From a virus (taxonomy: Duplodnaviria; Caudoviricetes), in IMG/VR virus record IMGVR_UViG_3300025530_000419, positions 1-37,937 of that record: 37,937 nt of DNA; one strand, given 5' to 3'. This document shows positions 1-9,603 of this stretch, piece after piece. Positions within the stretch are counted from its first letter, which is position 1, and every line of letters begins with the position of its first letter. The notes below the pieces were generated by a model. The model worked only from the letters and a program-made list of their open reading frames with translations. It did no database searches and was not told where the DNA came from. A program made the translations under genes and the position numbers.

Positions 1-552
1 TGCTTCTCTTAAGTTTGTCATAAATGCAAGTTCAACAAGGATAGCAGCCTTTACATCCATATTGTTACAGTTACACATAGCCAGACTTTGTGCTGTTATA
101 CCTCTGTTCTTTTGTTTTGTTCCGCCAGCAAGATGTTTCAAGACGATTTCAGCCATCTTCTTTGACTGACCGGGGTATTTGTCATGTATGTATATCCCCA
201 CACCCTCGGCACTGTTAAATGTCTTTCCGTCACCGTGGGCATTGAAGTGGATAGATATACTATAATCGCAATTTGCCAGTGCTATAGCTCGTTGCCTATC
301 GCTCAAAGGTGTGTCTGGGTCGTCAAAAGCATTGTCATCATTCCAGCCAGTACGCATGGTTTTAAATCCACATCGTTGCAGTTCTTTTTCTAATAAAAAA
401 GCAACTCCGACATTTGCGATATGTTCCCGGAATTGCTGTCCTTTCTTGATTATAAGATTATCATTGAATCTTACGTCATGCGGAAACGGAGGGGTACGCT
501 TGCCGGCTGTCTCAGAACCGTGGCCTGCATCTATATTAATCTTAATTGCCAT
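1..552 (-). CDS. Endolysin, N-acetylmuramoyl-L-alanine amidase (Amidase_3); runs off the window edge
   Basis: Not in the ORF track. Manual translation from ATG at 552: MAIKINIDAGHG...EHIAN...SISIHFNA...AILVELAFMTN, with the Zn-amidase motifs; directly after the holin. Confidence 0.93.
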   Translation of the reverse strand, partial: MAIKINIDAGHGSETAGKRTPPFPHDVRFNDNLIIKKGQQFREHIANVGVAFLLEKELQRCGFKTMRTGWNDDNAFDDPDTPLSDRQRAIALANCDYSISIHFNAHGDGKTFNSAEGVGIYIHDKYPGQSKKMAEIVLKHLAGGTKQKNRGITAQSLAMCNCNNMDVKAAILVELAFMTNLREA

Positions 553-1012
553 TGTTTTCACCTTCTATCTTTGCCTTATCCTCTACCTGCTTTTTCACAT
601 TTTTAACAAGCGGCTGTAAAAACGGAGGTATGGGAGCACCTATATCTTTAATATTTTCTAAGATGCTTATAAATTCATTGCAAATGAGCCAGATTACTAC
701 TACGCAAGCAATTAAAAACGTAAATGGCAACTTAATTCCGATTGTATTGCCAGCATAGAGGATTAATTGATCTACTAATGCACCGACTATAACCAACAGC
801 CACATACATATCTTTTTAGCTATACCCCTAAAAGATTTGTAGCTGTTTATTGGCTCGTCACGGTACTTGGTTGCTATTAAACCAGTTATATAGTCAATAA
901 GGTTGCAACCCACCATGATAAATACCGGTATGGCAAGAATACCGAACCACCCAGAAAGAGCTGAGATAAATGCTATGATAACTTTTTTTACTTTGCTTGT
1001 ATTTTCCATCAC
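542..1012 (-). CDS. Phage holin (toxin secretion/phage lysis holin family)
   Basis: Several hydrophobic segments, DYITG and NEFISILENI..IG.PIP motifs; upstream of the amidase. Confidence 0.92.
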   Translation of the reverse strand: MMENTSKVKKVIIAFISALSGWFGILAIPVFIMVGCNLIDYITGLIATKYRDEPINSYKSFRGIAKKICMWLLVIVGALVDQLILYAGNTIGIKLPFTFLIACVVVIWLICNEFISILENIKDIGAPIPPFLQPLVKNVKKQVEDKAKIEGENNGN

Positions 1013-1042
1013 TCTACCTTCTTTCTTTTAATTTTAGGTATT

Positions 1043-1063
1043 AAAAAGCACCCAACGGGTGCT
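1043..1063 (-). terminator. Rho-independent terminator between the XkdX-like gene and the holin
   Basis: - strand AGCACCC-GTT-GGGTGCT followed by a T-tract. Confidence 0.7.
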
Positions 1064-1065
1064 GT

Positions 1066-1203
1066 TCACTCTTTGCTATAGTTTTCACCGGTAATTTCTT
1101 CATATTGCTCCGGAGTAATTAATCCCTTTCTTACGCAAAGCTTAACCTGTTGTTTATTCCATAATTTTCGGTCGTAATTTCTCTTAATCTGTTCAAATGT
1201 CAT
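1066..1203 (-). CDS. XkdX-family small protein (45 aa)
   Basis: Manual translation MTFEQIKRNYDRKLWNKQQVKLCVRKGLITPEQYEEITGENYSKE; the W...V..G.IT.EQY.EITG motif and position fit XkdX. Confidence 0.85.
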   Translation of the reverse strand: MTFEQIKRNYDRKLWNKQQVKLCVRKGLITPEQYEEITGENYSKE

Positions 1204-1206
1204 AGA

Positions 1207-1554
1207 TTACTCTACCTCCTCATCTGGCATTAATAATATATTTTGAAACTCAAGAGCAGCTGCTATTCTTTCTTCAGCAGTTGGTTCATAAACAGGTGGA
1301 AGATTAGCAATCCTTTCAATTTCTACTAAAGCTTCTTCATCTGAAAGATTTACATCAATATCATATAAATCCCGATACTGTGAAAGAAAACCGATACCAC
1401 CAAAAATCATATGGCTAGAATCAGTTTCGATTACTACAGGAAGGCCTGTATTTACTTGATAAAATAGTTGCGATACTACTTCTGGCGTATACTTCTCCCC
1501 TATTGGTGAATAATAAGTTTTTGTATTGTCATAAAATTCAAAATATTTTCTCAC
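1207..1554 (-). CDS. Putative tail fibre assembly/XkdW-like protein
   Basis: Lies between the receptor-binding gene and XkdX; C-terminal PTAEERIAAALE motif; SD AAGGAGG. Confidence 0.55.
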   Translation of the reverse strand: MRKYFEFYDNTKTYYSPIGEKYTPEVVSQLFYQVNTGLPVVIETDSSHMIFGGIGFLSQYRDLYDIDVNLSDEEALVEIERIANLPPVYEPTAEERIAAALEFQNILLMPDEEVE

Positions 1555-1581
1555 ATTAATTCCTCCTTTATTTATACTTAG

Positions 1582-2706
1582 TTAAATTTCTAAAACATCT
1601 ACTTTATCTGTGCCTGTTAACGCCTCTATTCTACCCCCACCAATTAATATATAATCTCCTACTTTTGCTATTTCAGTATATGACCTTGCAGGATTTAAAA
1701 CATCTAATATAGTTTTAACTAACGAAGTATCATAGACTTCTATTGTAGTTAAATCTTTATTATTAGTTCCTGTTCCTGCAGCGACAATAACATAATCATC
1801 AACTCCAAAAGCTGTATGAAATATTCTAGCTGTTGTTAAAGGTGTAGCAATGGTTCGGACTAAAGAAGAATTATAAGCATCAACTGTATTTACTGCATCA
1901 CTAGAATTATTACCAAAAGTTGTACCGCCTAAAAATAATGCGAAATTCGAATTAGATGCCCCTTGCAAATTACATCGTGCTTGGCTTAATGCAGTTGGGT
2001 ATGATTTAACACGACTTGAATTATAAGCATATGTCTTACTAAGTATTAGAAGAGAATTATTACCGTTAACCCCTCCTGCATATAAGGCATAATCGTTAAT
2101 TGAAGCTGCACCCATATAATGAAGTGGTTCATCTGTATAAACTTCCGATGAAACCAAAGAGGAATTTAGGCATTTTATAATGGCAGAAGTATTATCACCC
2201 CCACCAAAGAATATATAATTGCTATTTTTAGCACATCGGGGTTTACCCATTACTGCATTTGTAGTATGAATTGTTCTAACTAATGAATCATTATAAGCAT
2301 CAACATCAGCTGTAAAACTCCCCGATGAATTAACTCCACATGCAAAAATTGCTTTATTTTGAAATTCTCCACCTGTCAATTTGCTTCTTGCCACAGATAA
2401 TACGGATGCAGGATAAGTCTTTACCAGTGATTTATTGTAAGCAATTACTGCATTACCAGTACCAAGGTTTGGTTGCAACCCACCAGCAAATAAAGCATAA
2501 TTAGGTGTATTTGCACCTGCGTGATAAAACATATATGTGTCTAAATTGGGTGCATTACCTTTATAACTAATATCGGCACTATATAATAACTTTACTCCGT
2601 TAATACCTCCGTATATCTTTTTGACTTTTCTAACTCCGTTGTCACCAATATAAACTTTTTTACTTTGCTTCACTCCATTTACTCCCAAATATATTCCTTT
2701 AGCCAT
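1582..2706 (-). CDS. Kelch-like beta-propeller protein, putative receptor-binding fibre tip
   Basis: Seven repeats of roughly 45-50 aa with (Y/F)ALFAGG-like cores and VDAYNxSLV motifs; N-terminal triple K.Y.G.NGV repeat; follows the tail fibre. Confidence 0.75.
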   Translation of the reverse strand: MAKGIYLGVNGVKQSKKVYIGDNGVRKVKKIYGGINGVKLLYSADISYKGNAPNLDTYMFYHAGANTPNYALFAGGLQPNLGTGNAVIAYNKSLVKTYPASVLSVARSKLTGGEFQNKAIFACGVNSSGSFTADVDAYNDSLVRTIHTTNAVMGKPRCAKNSNYIFFGGGDNTSAIIKCLNSSLVSSEVYTDEPLHYMGAASINDYALYAGGVNGNNSLLILSKTYAYNSSRVKSYPTALSQARCNLQGASNSNFALFLGGTTFGNNSSDAVNTVDAYNSSLVRTIATPLTTARIFHTAFGVDDYVIVAAGTGTNNKDLTTIEVYDTSLVKTILDVLNPARSYTEIAKVGDYILIGGGRIEALTGTDKVDVLEI

Positions 2707-2717
2707 ATTGTCACCGC

Positions 2718-3515
2718 CTATTCATATAAGAAATATATTTCACCATTTTCAAGACTTGTCGGAACAGTTGTCCCAAATCTTATATTTCGAATGCGAGATA
2801 CTGTATAATCTGTGCCAGTAGGAGCTTTTGGTGTACCCGTAAATATAGGACTTGCCAAAGGAGCAGCACCAGAAACATCATTTACTGTAATATTTGACCA
2901 AGACAATGAACCTGCTGATGAACCAGCTTTTAAAAATTTTCCATTATTACTCGTTCCAGTTGCAGGAACATGAAGATTACCATCTCCTGTCGGATGAATG
3001 TATTTATTTGCTCCTGACTCTATACCGTCCAGCTTCTTTTTATCATCCCCACTCATAAGTCCGGCTGCTGTTTGTGTTGCATTGCTATAAGTGGTATCCG
3101 TAAATTTTGCATCGGCAGGTACATCAGTTTCAACTATATGACCACCGACTGTATCCGCATCATATAAAGTCTGTGCCCTAAAACAATCATTGGATGCATC
3201 ATACCAAACCGTAACAACCTTGCCTGCTATCAATTTCGGAGCCTGAGTTGTACCCGGTTTATACAATGGTTTTCCGTTAATGGTTGTTGTATCTCCATTA
3301 TTATTGGCACTGACTACAAATGTTTTACTGCGACCGTCAATAAATTCAATGCCGGTCAAAGTAATGGCTGTGGCTGTTCCACCGGCTTTTTCAAAGCTAG
3401 CTGTGTTTCCCAGCGCTTTATCAATCTTATCAAGGTTTGCATTTACCGTATCAATATTGTAGTAATCAGACTGTGCGTCCTTTTGCAAATTAAAATATGA
3501 TGTATAGTTTGCCAT
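2718..3515 (-). CDS. Tail fibre protein
   Basis: Follows the baseplate genes; mosaic fibre motifs (DVPADAKFTDT, AGLMS.DDKKKLDGI..GANKY, APLASP.FTGTP.APT), C-terminal GEIYFLYE. Confidence 0.85.
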   Translation of the reverse strand: MANYTSYFNLQKDAQSDYYNIDTVNANLDKIDKALGNTASFEKAGGTATAITLTGIEFIDGRSKTFVVSANNNGDTTTINGKPLYKPGTTQAPKLIAGKVVTVWYDASNDCFRAQTLYDADTVGGHIVETDVPADAKFTDTTYSNATQTAAGLMSGDDKKKLDGIESGANKYIHPTGDGNLHVPATGTSNNGKFLKAGSSAGSLSWSNITVNDVSGAAPLASPIFTGTPKAPTGTDYTVSRIRNIRFGTTVPTSLENGEIYFLYE

Positions 3516-4052
3516 TTAGCGCATCTCTCCTTCCCTGAGTTCTGCGTGAGTATATGCGTTTAACTCAGCATGAGTATAACTTGCCAGCTCTCCATGAATC
3601 CGATATATAAACTCAAATTCATACGCAAGATGTGCCGGCTTTATTTCCTCTATTGTAAGGGTTAAGTCTGCCATATTCGGAGGTAATCCTCTAGTACCGA
3701 CAAATTTAATTATGAATTTATAATTAGCAGTATCTTCAACAATTTCTACTTCTCCATTCGAATATGATCTGGCTGTGGCTTCAATCATTTTCTTTGTTAC
3801 AGTACCAACACCCCTTATTTTTGCCCGGATGCGTTCCCGGCGGAATTCATTGGATTTGCTAACATCCACCTGAATACCATATATTTTTTCATATCTGCTG
3901 AGCAGAGATGTTGCCGTATTCACAAAGCATTGGTCAATAGTTTCATTAAAGCTACTGACCAATTTGTTTATATCTGTAGATAAAATACCCTGCAGCTCTT
4001 TCATAGTTTTATTATTCCGATAGTATTCAGGAAGCAAACTCATTAATTCCAT
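3516..4052 (-). CDS. Baseplate wedge protein (XkdU/YmfQ, DUF2313-like)
   Basis: LP.YY, RRERIRAK and IKPAHL motifs; after baseplate J. Confidence 0.85.
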   Translation of the reverse strand: MELMSLLPEYYRNNKTMKELQGILSTDINKLVSSFNETIDQCFVNTATSLLSRYEKIYGIQVDVSKSNEFRRERIRAKIRGVGTVTKKMIEATARSYSNGEVEIVEDTANYKFIIKFVGTRGLPPNMADLTLTIEEIKPAHLAYEFEFIYRIHGELASYTHAELNAYTHAELREGEMR

Positions 4053-4055
4053 AGA

Positions 4056-5072
4056 TTATACCTCCGTAAGCATGATAGTTCCCAAGATAGGCATTTCATC
4101 ATCAGCTATTGTTATATTTTCTGTGCCATTATTTACTATCAAGCCATTGTAATCTGCAACACCATGGACTGACAACAGTAAACTTCCAATCTTGGCATAA
4201 CTAACAGTATAAACTTCAAATGTTAAGCCTTTGAAATATTCTACAATCAATGCTGCAAACTTTGACTGGACATTTTCCAGTGTGTCACTTCCGTCAAGAG
4301 CTACATTAGCTGATATATTTATTACCTTTTCTCCAGGGCTTTCCACAGTAACTGTAGCTCCAATCGGACGGACTGATTCTATATACTCAAAGACTGCTTC
4401 AGGTAAATACGGGTCTATTTCCATGTTTTCATCTACCACAAGCACCTTTACTGTCCCTGCACCGTTCCAGAGAGGAAATACTTTTGCATTACCCACGCCA
4501 GGAACTTCTAGGGCCCATTTCTTATAGTCATATACATTTCCGCTAGTTGATGTAGATCGTACCTGGTTAAAAAATCTTGCACGGAGATTGTCATCTGTTT
4601 CTTCATCTTCACCGAATATAATAATGTCAGTCAATGTTGCTGTCACGCCGGAGACATTATCAATGTTTTCAAGCTGCCCGCTGTATTGGTTACCGATGTT
4701 TCCGGCCTGTTCACATTGTGCTTTATATGCATTTTCAGATATAAGTTCTGTAATAACATATGTTGTGTTGTTTAGCCCCCATCTGGTACCAATATCTATT
4801 GCCCCGGTTGTTTCGACCTTCCGGATGGCATATGTAGCAGGCTTGCGGGTTATTCCGTAATCAGCAACAACCCTATCAAGATATTCACCAACTGCAGTAT
4901 CACCTGAGACTAAATCCAAAAATGCATCAAGCATAAAATAAGCTTCTGCCAACTTGTATGCTGCAGGGGCCAAAGCGTCATATATAACAGAGCCTTCACG
5001 CTTGTCAACATCACCGGGTACCCGGCTCAACATATCATTCAGTATGTTTTCATAAGTCATGCCTTCCCACAT
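4056..5072 (-). CDS. Baseplate J-like protein (XkdT)
   Basis: DKREGSVIYDALAP, GEDEETDDNLR, SGN..DY..WALEV.GV motifs. Confidence 0.93.
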   Translation of the reverse strand: MWEGMTYENILNDMLSRVPGDVDKREGSVIYDALAPAAYKLAEAYFMLDAFLDLVSGDTAVGEYLDRVVADYGITRKPATYAIRKVETTGAIDIGTRWGLNNTTYVITELISENAYKAQCEQAGNIGNQYSGQLENIDNVSGVTATLTDIIIFGEDEETDDNLRARFFNQVRSTSTSGNVYDYKKWALEVPGVGNAKVFPLWNGAGTVKVLVVDENMEIDPYLPEAVFEYIESVRPIGATVTVESPGEKVINISANVALDGSDTLENVQSKFAALIVEYFKGLTFEVYTVSYAKIGSLLLSVHGVADYNGLIVNNGTENITIADDEMPILGTIMLTEV

Positions 5073-5464
5073 TAAATATTCACCTCCTTGGTGATTGTGG
5101 TTGTTCCATAAATACTGGTTACATCAAATGTACAAGTTAATTCATCACCGTTTATTTCAAACTGAAAATTATCGACACTGGTAATTCGATCATCCTGGAG
5201 CAGGCACTCCGTGATACGTCTTTTCAGTTCAATTTGAACATAGGCAGGATCCTTTCCGATCAGGCTTTCAAAATCTATGCCATAAGAAAAGCTATATATA
5301 GGGTGCTCATACTTTTCTGTATTAAGCATCTTATATATAGCTTGTTGTAACGCATCCAATCCGTCAGTAAAACCCTGAATATTATCAGGGTATAGTTTAT
5401 ATGTCTTTGTAATATTTATATCACCAAGAGCTTCAAACTCTTCGTCGTAACCCTGTGGGATCAT
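5072..5464 (-). CDS. Baseplate protein XkdS/DUF2634 (gp25-like)
   Basis: QAIYK.LNTE.Y...IYS..YG and L.QDDRI..V motifs; synteny. Confidence 0.85.
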   Translation of the reverse strand: MIPQGYDEEFEALGDINITKTYKLYPDNIQGFTDGLDALQQAIYKMLNTEKYEHPIYSFSYGIDFESLIGKDPAYVQIELKRRITECLLQDDRITSVDNFQFEINGDELTCTFDVTSIYGTTTITKEVNI

Positions 5465-5694
5465 TCATGGATCACCTCCAAGATGTAAAATTGCTTACCA
5501 CCATGATTACGAAGCAACCTGACCTTTTGGCCTGTAACTAAAGATTTCTTGGCATTACCGACCACAAGTTCCATAGGTAATGTAAGCTTATCATTTATTT
5601 TTATTCCATTAGTCATTACTTCTCCGGTCATATAGCTGCAAAGCTTAGCATTATTAATGTAATTCTGCACTATTGCCTTAATTTCATTTATCAT
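5461..5694 (-). CDS. XkdR/DUF2577-like baseplate spike protein
   Basis: Small protein with L..GQKV.LLR..GG.QF.IL motif; lies between the XkdQ-like and XkdS-like genes. Confidence 0.75.
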   Translation of the reverse strand: MINEIKAIVQNYINNAKLCSYMTGEVMTNGIKINDKLTLPMELVVGNAKKSLVTGQKVRLLRNHGGKQFYILEVIHE

Positions 5695-6626
5695 AGGCTC
5701 ACCTCAATTTCCATTGTATGAAGAGGTATGAATTTATGCGTTACAGATCTAACTATAAGTGTTTTTTCAAGTTCTATGTCCTCAATCTTCCCATAAAAAC
5801 TATTACCGGCTCTTACCCTAGGATCTCCTAAACAGCTTAATGATAAAGTTTCAGCTTCACGATTATAGAGTTTTAGTAATATATCTGCTTTATTTTTCGC
5901 TTGTGAAGCGTTTTTATTTTCTATAATTTCAAAATACTGCAGTAGGCCATATTTTTTAATTGAATCTTCACTCTTGGCAGATATAAAGTATCCTACTGTA
6001 TTTTCATCCTTGCCTTTAACATAAATTTTTATCTGATTATAAAAATTATTATCTATAGATTTTTGATAGTCATAATTATAAGCAAGACTTTCGTCTCCAA
6101 GTACCAGATCAAGCTTAAGGTCATTTATATTCCGAAGACAAATTTGTCCGGCTTCATCCCGAAGGCAGTACCAAGTTCCTTTATTTATGAGCGTGTCTCC
6201 TATGGAGCCATATATTATATCGAGCCATGTTTTATCCTCATGAGCTTCGGTCGGTAATATATAATTTGTATCTGCCAGATACCCAGCTTTAAGACCGAAA
6301 TAATTGCACATCCGCTTGACCAGGTCTGTTAATGTGTCTCCCTGGACTACAATAGTATCTTTTGCTTTTGCATATCTGAGTTGATCATATGCTGTGACAT
6401 TAATCTCATGCTTATTGTTATGATTGTGTTTAAAAACAAATCCACTAAATACAAGGTCTTCGTATGTAAACCTGACCTTATTTGCATTTTCAATCTTTGG
6501 CTCTCTCTCGGTAAAACTAAATTCCAGCTTACTGCATCCGTCATTCAGCTTATCGGTAAAAGTCACAGACGTAACAAGTTCAGTGATATCATATATTTCT
6601 TTGTCATTACTAACTAAGAGCTCCAT
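5691..6626 (-). CDS. Baseplate hub protein (XkdQ/YqbQ-like)
   Basis: TAYDQLRY.K.KD, SI.KYGLLQ, LGD.RVRAG motifs; start set at the MELL ATG. Confidence 0.88.
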   Translation of the reverse strand: MELLVSNDKEIYDITELVTSVTFTDKLNDGCSKLEFSFTEREPKIENANKVRFTYEDLVFSGFVFKHNHNNKHEINVTAYDQLRYAKAKDTIVVQGDTLTDLVKRMCNYFGLKAGYLADTNYILPTEAHEDKTWLDIIYGSIGDTLINKGTWYCLRDEAGQICLRNINDLKLDLVLGDESLAYNYDYQKSIDNNFYNQIKIYVKGKDENTVGYFISAKSEDSIKKYGLLQYFEIIENKNASQAKNKADILLKLYNREAETLSLSCLGDPRVRAGNSFYGKIEDIELEKTLIVRSVTHKFIPLHTMEIEVSL

Positions 6627-6643
6627 ATTGATAACCACCCACC

Positions 6644-7564
6644 TTAAAACTTTCTTCCGCCGGAAGAATGAGTTTTGCCAACGCTGGATGCTCCACCTCT
6701 AAACCCCTGTGCATTATAACCGCTTTGGTATATCACTATCTTTTTGCTGCTTGAAGATGCAGATGAGGATACACCAATGCCGGCAATGTTTTCTGCAAAT
6801 GAACTTTTTGTGGCCGCTGCCATTTTAAGAAGCTCTTGCTTTCTGTCTTTGCTTGTCTTACTGTTGCCAGAAGAAACAGGAGCGTTATATTTTGAAAATT
6901 CGTTTTTGTCAGGGATTCTTAGCTTCCATCCTATTTTTATTACTGCCGGATTTTTGATTTTATCCTTATTAGCATTATAAATAATATTGTACTTACTCCC
7001 GTCACCATAGTATTTTTTCGCTATTCCCCATAATGTGTCACCAGAAACAACCACATGATATCCTGTATTCTTAGGATTAATTACTTCTGTTGTTGATTGG
7101 ATTGAAAAAGGTATTATTTCACCTTCTACGAAATAGGCTGTCTTTTTGGTAAACTTTCGGTATTCCAGGAGCTTAAAGCTTAGGTACTTGTCTCCCTCTT
7201 CCCCGGCTTTTTCGAGCTCCTTAATCTCCTCAATCAGCACTAGGGTGTTTATATCCTCGCCCGTCCCATTGCTACAGATAAACCTGACCGGTTCAAGATT
7301 ATTTCTCCATGTCCGGAAAAGGTTAAGGTAAAAGTCAGAATCCTTAAAGTCACCTGGAGTCTCAACATAATGCAATGGCTTATGCGGGAACTCGGCTTCG
7401 AAGTTGTACTCTGCCAGTTCCATGTGAGTAGGTATAGCGATTTGCCCCAACTTTAGTACCTCATATTTTTCTATGGCTTGTACGGAAGCAGTTTCTATTT
7501 GCTCTGGATTTACTGGGAGTCTATAGGTAGTATTATCTTTATCAAAGAATATTGCATAGCTCAT
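6644..7564 (-). CDS. LysM-domain tail protein (XkdP-like)
   Basis: LPVNPEQI N-terminus; LysM motif HVVVSGDTLWGIAKKYYG...IYNAN...I..G.KL.IP. Confidence 0.9.
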   Translation of the reverse strand: MSYAIFFDKDNTTYRLPVNPEQIETASVQAIEKYEVLKLGQIAIPTHMELAEYNFEAEFPHKPLHYVETPGDFKDSDFYLNLFRTWRNNLEPVRFICSNGTGEDINTLVLIEEIKELEKAGEEGDKYLSFKLLEYRKFTKKTAYFVEGEIIPFSIQSTTEVINPKNTGYHVVVSGDTLWGIAKKYYGDGSKYNIIYNANKDKIKNPAVIKIGWKLRIPDKNEFSKYNAPVSSGNSKTSKDRKQELLKMAAATKSSFAENIAGIGVSSSASSSSKKIVIYQSGYNAQGFRGGASSVGKTHSSGGRKF

Positions 7565-9408
7565 GTACTATACACCCCCTCTGCAGCCATAGCGATTTCT
7601 TCTTGAAGTATCTTTCTGATTCTTCCGGCTACTTTGTCAGCATCAGCCTCTTCATACACATCCCCGAAGGTTATTTGAATATTCGGTGCAAGGGTCGCTG
7701 TGCTAAATTTGTTTATAAAATCACGCTCTGCAATGTCACGTAGATATCTCAGATCCTCGTCTGACATCTTTACTTTAACATTACCTTCTACATTTAAAGG
7801 ATTTTGACTTGTACCAAACTGGCTTAAATCAAAGCCACCTTTATCAATATTAGTTAATACTGATAGGTTAAAAGCGTTTTGTACTTTCTCCACAAGATTT
7901 TTGCCAATTTGACTGCCTTTATTAAAGCCTTCTGAAAAGTCCATAAACTCCTTAGACTGTACAAATGTTTTAAGGTCTGCTTCTGTTCTGATTTCTGCAG
8001 CTTTTACTGATAGATTGTCCCGGAGAGCTGCTAATTTATCGGCAAAATTATAGTTACCATTTAAGAATGGAATATTGTTTAAGAAATCCTGTATAGCTTG
8101 AGCTATCTTGTGAATAAAGCCTAATATATTAGCTGCCAAATCAAGAAACAGCACCTTAATAGATGCAATGGGATCTCTGAATGCATTTCCGAAAAAGTTA
8201 ATAAAAGCTGCTACTGTATTCCACATCCTTATAAATATATTATAAAAGAATACACCAAAACTTCCTATTATCCCGCCAATAAATCCAATAATCTCATCCC
8301 ATGTTGCACCGAAATACCTTGCTACAGCAATAGCCAAACCAATAATGCCTATAATAAGCAGTATAGGCCAATATGCTGCTAACCACGCAGTAGCTTGAGC
8401 ATATAAAGCTACAGTAGTAGCTATGATTTTTGAGAGAATGACAGCTAAATATATTGTACCAATTACTGCTAGTATTGGTGATATTACATCCCAGCCACTC
8501 ACAATTGTGTCTATAAACCAACTAACAACATTAGCAAGTATATTGAAACCACCTATTAGTTTATCTATGGTTTGCTGGAACTTATCAGTATTTATTAAGG
8601 CATTAACCTTCGTAATAACTTTATCAAAGGCCTTAAGTCCGCCGTTCTTAATCTTGTTCCATATATCTCCGAAAGTTATTGGCATCTCTGCGAATTTTGC
8701 ATTTATATCATCTCCTGCAGCAAATACAGCATTTTTTATTATCTCTGCAGTAATATATCCGTCAGATGATAATTCTTTAAGTTCACCTTTGGACTTTCCG
8801 GTATATTTAGCTATTGCTTCATATAGCATTGGTGCATTTTCCATTATGGATACAAGCTCATCGCCCTGTAATCTTCCTGATGCCATTGCTTGAGATAGCT
8901 GCCTCATTGCTCCTTGCTGTTCTGATGTATCTGCTCCGCTAACTTTAAATGATTTTTGTACTAGTTCTGTAAAAGCTATCAGCTCATCATTGGAGTTAAA
9001 AGCATCTTTTGCCAACAGTCCCATTTTAGCTACTGCACTAGCCATATCAGAGTACGCACCCCTTGATCTATTAGCAGCTGCAAAGATTTTATCTTGTAAT
9101 TCTGCTTGTGTTTGCAGGCCGTCGTTAATGAGGTCAAGTCTAGCTGCAGTATTAGTATATTCATCCGCAATATTCATCCCTTTTATAGCACCAGCTATCA
9201 TAGCTGCAATGCTAATGAACTTACCAAGACCGTTACTCGCTTTGCTTGAGCTTGCTCCTGTAGAATCAAGCTTTTTATTAAATTCATCTGTGGCACCGCT
9301 AGCTTTTAAAATTTTTTCTGTTGCTTTATCTGTTTCTTTTATCACCTTATTGGTTCCGGACGAATATCCACTTGTCATTAAAGTCATAATTGCTTTTAAA
9401 CTTGCCAT
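7561..9408 (-). CDS. Tail tape measure protein (about 615 aa)
   Basis: QLSQAMASGRLQGDEL.SI.ENAP tape-measure motif, hydrophobic central region; true start MASLK at 9408 after SD AGGAGG. Confidence 0.93.
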   Translation of the reverse strand: MASLKAIMTLMTSGYSSGTNKVIKETDKATEKILKASGATDEFNKKLDSTGASSSKASNGLGKFISIAAMIAGAIKGMNIADEYTNTAARLDLINDGLQTQAELQDKIFAAANRSRGAYSDMASAVAKMGLLAKDAFNSNDELIAFTELVQKSFKVSGADTSEQQGAMRQLSQAMASGRLQGDELVSIMENAPMLYEAIAKYTGKSKGELKELSSDGYITAEIIKNAVFAAGDDINAKFAEMPITFGDIWNKIKNGGLKAFDKVITKVNALINTDKFQQTIDKLIGGFNILANVVSWFIDTIVSGWDVISPILAVIGTIYLAVILSKIIATTVALYAQATAWLAAYWPILLIIGIIGLAIAVARYFGATWDEIIGFIGGIIGSFGVFFYNIFIRMWNTVAAFINFFGNAFRDPIASIKVLFLDLAANILGFIHKIAQAIQDFLNNIPFLNGNYNFADKLAALRDNLSVKAAEIRTEADLKTFVQSKEFMDFSEGFNKGSQIGKNLVEKVQNAFNLSVLTNIDKGGFDLSQFGTSQNPLNVEGNVKVKMSDEDLRYLRDIAERDFINKFSTATLAPNIQITFGDVYEEADADKVAGRIRKILQEEIAMAAEGVYST

Positions 9409-9409
9409 A

Positions 9410-9601
9410 TTAATACCTCCTGCCTCCTCTCTTTGCAGCCTTAATTTTTGCAGCTTCTTTCTTCTCTTGCTCAATACGTATCTGTATACTAGCATATATA
9501 AAAGCTTTTTCTCTTTCGCTCATATTGGCTAATGTTGAAGGCAATATGTGTAATTTTTGCAAGGCGAAGTGAGCTAAATTAAACTCAACATCGCCTTGCA
9601 A
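9410..9601 (-). CDS. C-terminal frameshift extension of the tail assembly chaperone (gpGT-like)
   Basis: Lies in the -1 frame directly after the slippery site A AAA AAC; ends just upstream of the tape measure gene. Confidence 0.75.
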   Translation of the reverse strand: MQGDVEFNLAHFALQKLHILPSTLANMSEREKAFIYASIQIRIEQEKKEAAKIKAAKRGGRRY

Positions 9602-9603
9602 TA

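Noticed and set aside
1207-3515. Diversity-generating retroelement or invertible shufflon acting on the fibre genes
   Set aside because: No reverse transcriptase, template/variable repeat pair, invertase or inverted cassettes seen in the window
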